Assembly (NCBI GenBank): GCA_002269645.1
Contig: NIVC01002325.1
Location: 119,587-183,586 of the forward strand
DNA length: 64,000 bases
Origin: Macrostomum lignano
Lineage: Eukaryota
Reading direction: 5' to 3'
This document shows positions 61,914-64,000 of this stretch, piece after piece. Under the pieces are notes generated by a model. That model saw nothing but the letters and a program-made list of their open reading frames with translations, ran no database searches and was not told the DNA's origin. Each line of letters begins with the position of its first letter. Within the stretch, counting starts at the first letter, position 1. The position numbers and the translations under genes were made by a program.

Positions 61914-62478
61914 TCAGTGGCTGCTGCTGCTGGAAGCCGCCAAGAGGCTGCAGCTGCACCTGGAAGGCCGGCTGCTGGTCGCGGCTCCGTCATGGGGCAC
62001 GAGCTGCACCTGGTACCGCGGCCGGTCGGACTGGGAGACGCAGCCGGCGGCGGTGCGGATGTGACTCACACCGAATGCCAGCTGCAGCAAGCAAGAAATG
62101 ATGACCAGCAAGAGCAGGACTGCGCTGCGGATGTACAGCACCCGGAATGCCGTTGGCGAACTCACGCTGCCTCGGGGCCTACGTAGTTCTTCTCATTCTT
62201 GCCCGGGAACAGCTGCACCAGCCAGAAGGCGGCGCCGCAGCACAGCAGGATGGCGATGCCGCTGATGGCGACGCTGACGACGAAGTTGCAACGCACGCAG
62301 GTGTGCCGCAGTCCGGCCACAATGGCCGCCGCGCCAGACAGAACCACCGCGGGGCCGCACACGCAGCCGCTGTAGGCGGACAGGTAGCGCTCGTCCTGCC
62401 GCATCGACACGCTGCCGAGGCTCAGCGAAGCAGCACACAGCCAACCAGGATCTCTATGGAGCACAGATCACGTGAGCC
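61914..62478 (-). CDS. Divergent MS4A-like gene or pseudogene, copy I, with a 41-bp intron (62165..62125)
   Basis: AHVI-CSIEILVGCV (needs two 1-bp fixes), YLSAYSGCVCGPAVVLSG, and TM4 joined in frame by GTGAGT..CCGCAG splicing. Confidence 0.5.
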
Positions 62479-63356
62479 TGGGAGCCCGTCGGCCTCTCCG
62501 GCATCTCCACGGTGGGGTTGTCGGCCTCAGCCATGCTGGACAGGGCTGGAATGGTTGGGTAATGTTTGATAGCACTCTGCTTGGCACTCTATCTGGCACT
62601 CTGTCTGGCACTCTGCCCGGCACTCTGTCTGGCACTCGATCTAGCACTCTGCCTAGCACCTATGCAGCACTCTGTTGGGGACTCTACCTAGTTATCTGCA
62701 CAGCACTCCTCTAGCACTCTGTCTTGAAGGCCCTCCTCTATCTTACACTCTGCCTAACACTATCTACTACTCATTTCTATCTACTACCACTCTACCCATC
62801 AAACCACTCCATCTACTCCTCTATCTAGCTCTCTACCTTGTCATCTATTTACCATTTTGTCTATCTAGCACAGAGGATTCTGACGGGCAGGTAAAAATTG
62901 ATGAAGCAGCATCAAATTATAACCTATTGTTGATAATAGGTAAAAAAGCAGTGCTAGAGTTTTATCTAGAAGGTTATAGGTTATAATATAGCTTGTTAAT
63001 GGCGTTGGCTGCAATTAACGCCATTGAGAGGGCCAACCACCAAGGCACAGTGAAGTGTACATGCCTAACGATAAATAAAGTTAGGACCGCTTATATATTA
63101 ATGCATTAACATCAGAATAAAATTAAAATTCGAAAAAAAAGATTTTTCTATTTAAAATCTAAACGGAATCACGGAATGTGCAAGACACTCAGAAATAGAC
63201 AGATGGCCTGATTTTAAGTGCGAGTAGCGATGTAATAAGAGATTCTCACTGCCGAATAGAGTCGGACAGACAGGCACTCAGCAGTACTAAAAGTTTCCGG
63301 TCAGATTTCTAATAATAAATAAATCGATATTCGCTGTTCTTTGTTCGAGCAATTCA

Positions 63357-64000
63357 CTAAAAACGGTGAACTCGTTGACAGGTGTTGCTTCTGCTAGCAG
63401 CGGACAGCGCCGCCGCGTCACACCGGCTGCAGCAAGCGCACGTCCGAGTCCGCCTGCGGCTCCGTCCCGGCGTCAGGAAGTCCGTCAGCGGCTGCCTGTC
63501 GGGCTCCTCGGCCACGCAGCAGCAGGAGGCGCGGCAGGCGAAGGCGGCCTGCACGATGGCCACCACCAGGCCGAGCAGGAACACTAGGAACCAGAGCACA
63601 TCGGCCAGCGTGAAGTACACCGGAAACATTGCTGTTACAGTCCCCGGCATGACCCCGACCTGCGCCGCCATCACGGAGCCCATTACGATGGCCACCACCG
63701 ACACCATGGCGGAGATGACACTGAGCCACCAAACAGCCGATGATGCAGCAGAAGGTGAGCACGCGGCCCTTGCCGGCCAGCAGTCCGAAAGTCCCGGCCG
63801 AGATGAAGAACACGCCGGTCCAGAACCCCGCGTACATGTTCGGGTTCACCGAGTAGTCATGCGCCAGCCGGCTGTAGATGTTCAGAAAGATAAGCAGGCA
63901 TCCCACGGTGATTTGGATGGCGCCCATGATCACGTGAGCTCTGAGGACGCTGGCCGGCAGCAGCTTGGCGTAGCGGCTGAGGGCGGGACCGCTCGGCGAT
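63357..64000 (-). CDS. MS4A-like four-TM protein, copy J (5' end outside window; one frameshift at ~63727)
   Basis: RYAKLLPASVLRAHVIMGAIQITVG, YAGFWTGVFFISAG, CLV-LSVISA (one extra G), [13 protein letters not shown]. Confidence 0.8.

Overview
Eukaryotic (animal) genomic DNA with GC-rich, mostly single-exon CDSs, AT-rich spacers and very dense mini/microsatellites. The style and the RTE-type LINE remnant suggest a free-living flatworm such as Macrostomum; this is inference and unverified. (1) 1-26.7 kb is a giant inverted duplication. The arms are 1..13614 and 16784..~26651, and the left arm runs off the window. The 3.2-kb spacer holds a mariner fragment split by a CACTA-like element, plus a second CACTA-like MITE. 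A young 5'-deleted Ty3/Gypsy element (pol + PPT + 3' LTR) sits in the left arm only, while the right arm keeps the empty site. Each arm carries one uncharacterised 220-aa ORF, two LINE remnants and G-rich VNTRs. (2) 26.9-64 kb holds a secreted/GPI-type PAN/apple-like gene, a 6.3-kb 18-bp satellite, the two-exon ribosome-biogenesis gene GRWD1, and about 10 CD20/MS4A-like four-TM genes, fragments and pseudogenes. Several MS4A-like genes have length-variable GYPG(P/Q)QA tails ending in PPxY. Several also begin at a phase-0 splice acceptor, two of them with no local ATG, which suggests that the start Met comes from a spliced leader or a shared upstream exon. Other items are CpG-void domains, two MITEs with 8-bp TSDs, a CORE-type SINE and an RNase H-bearing LINE fragment. 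Many frameshifts are 1-bp indels in short runs and may be consensus errors.
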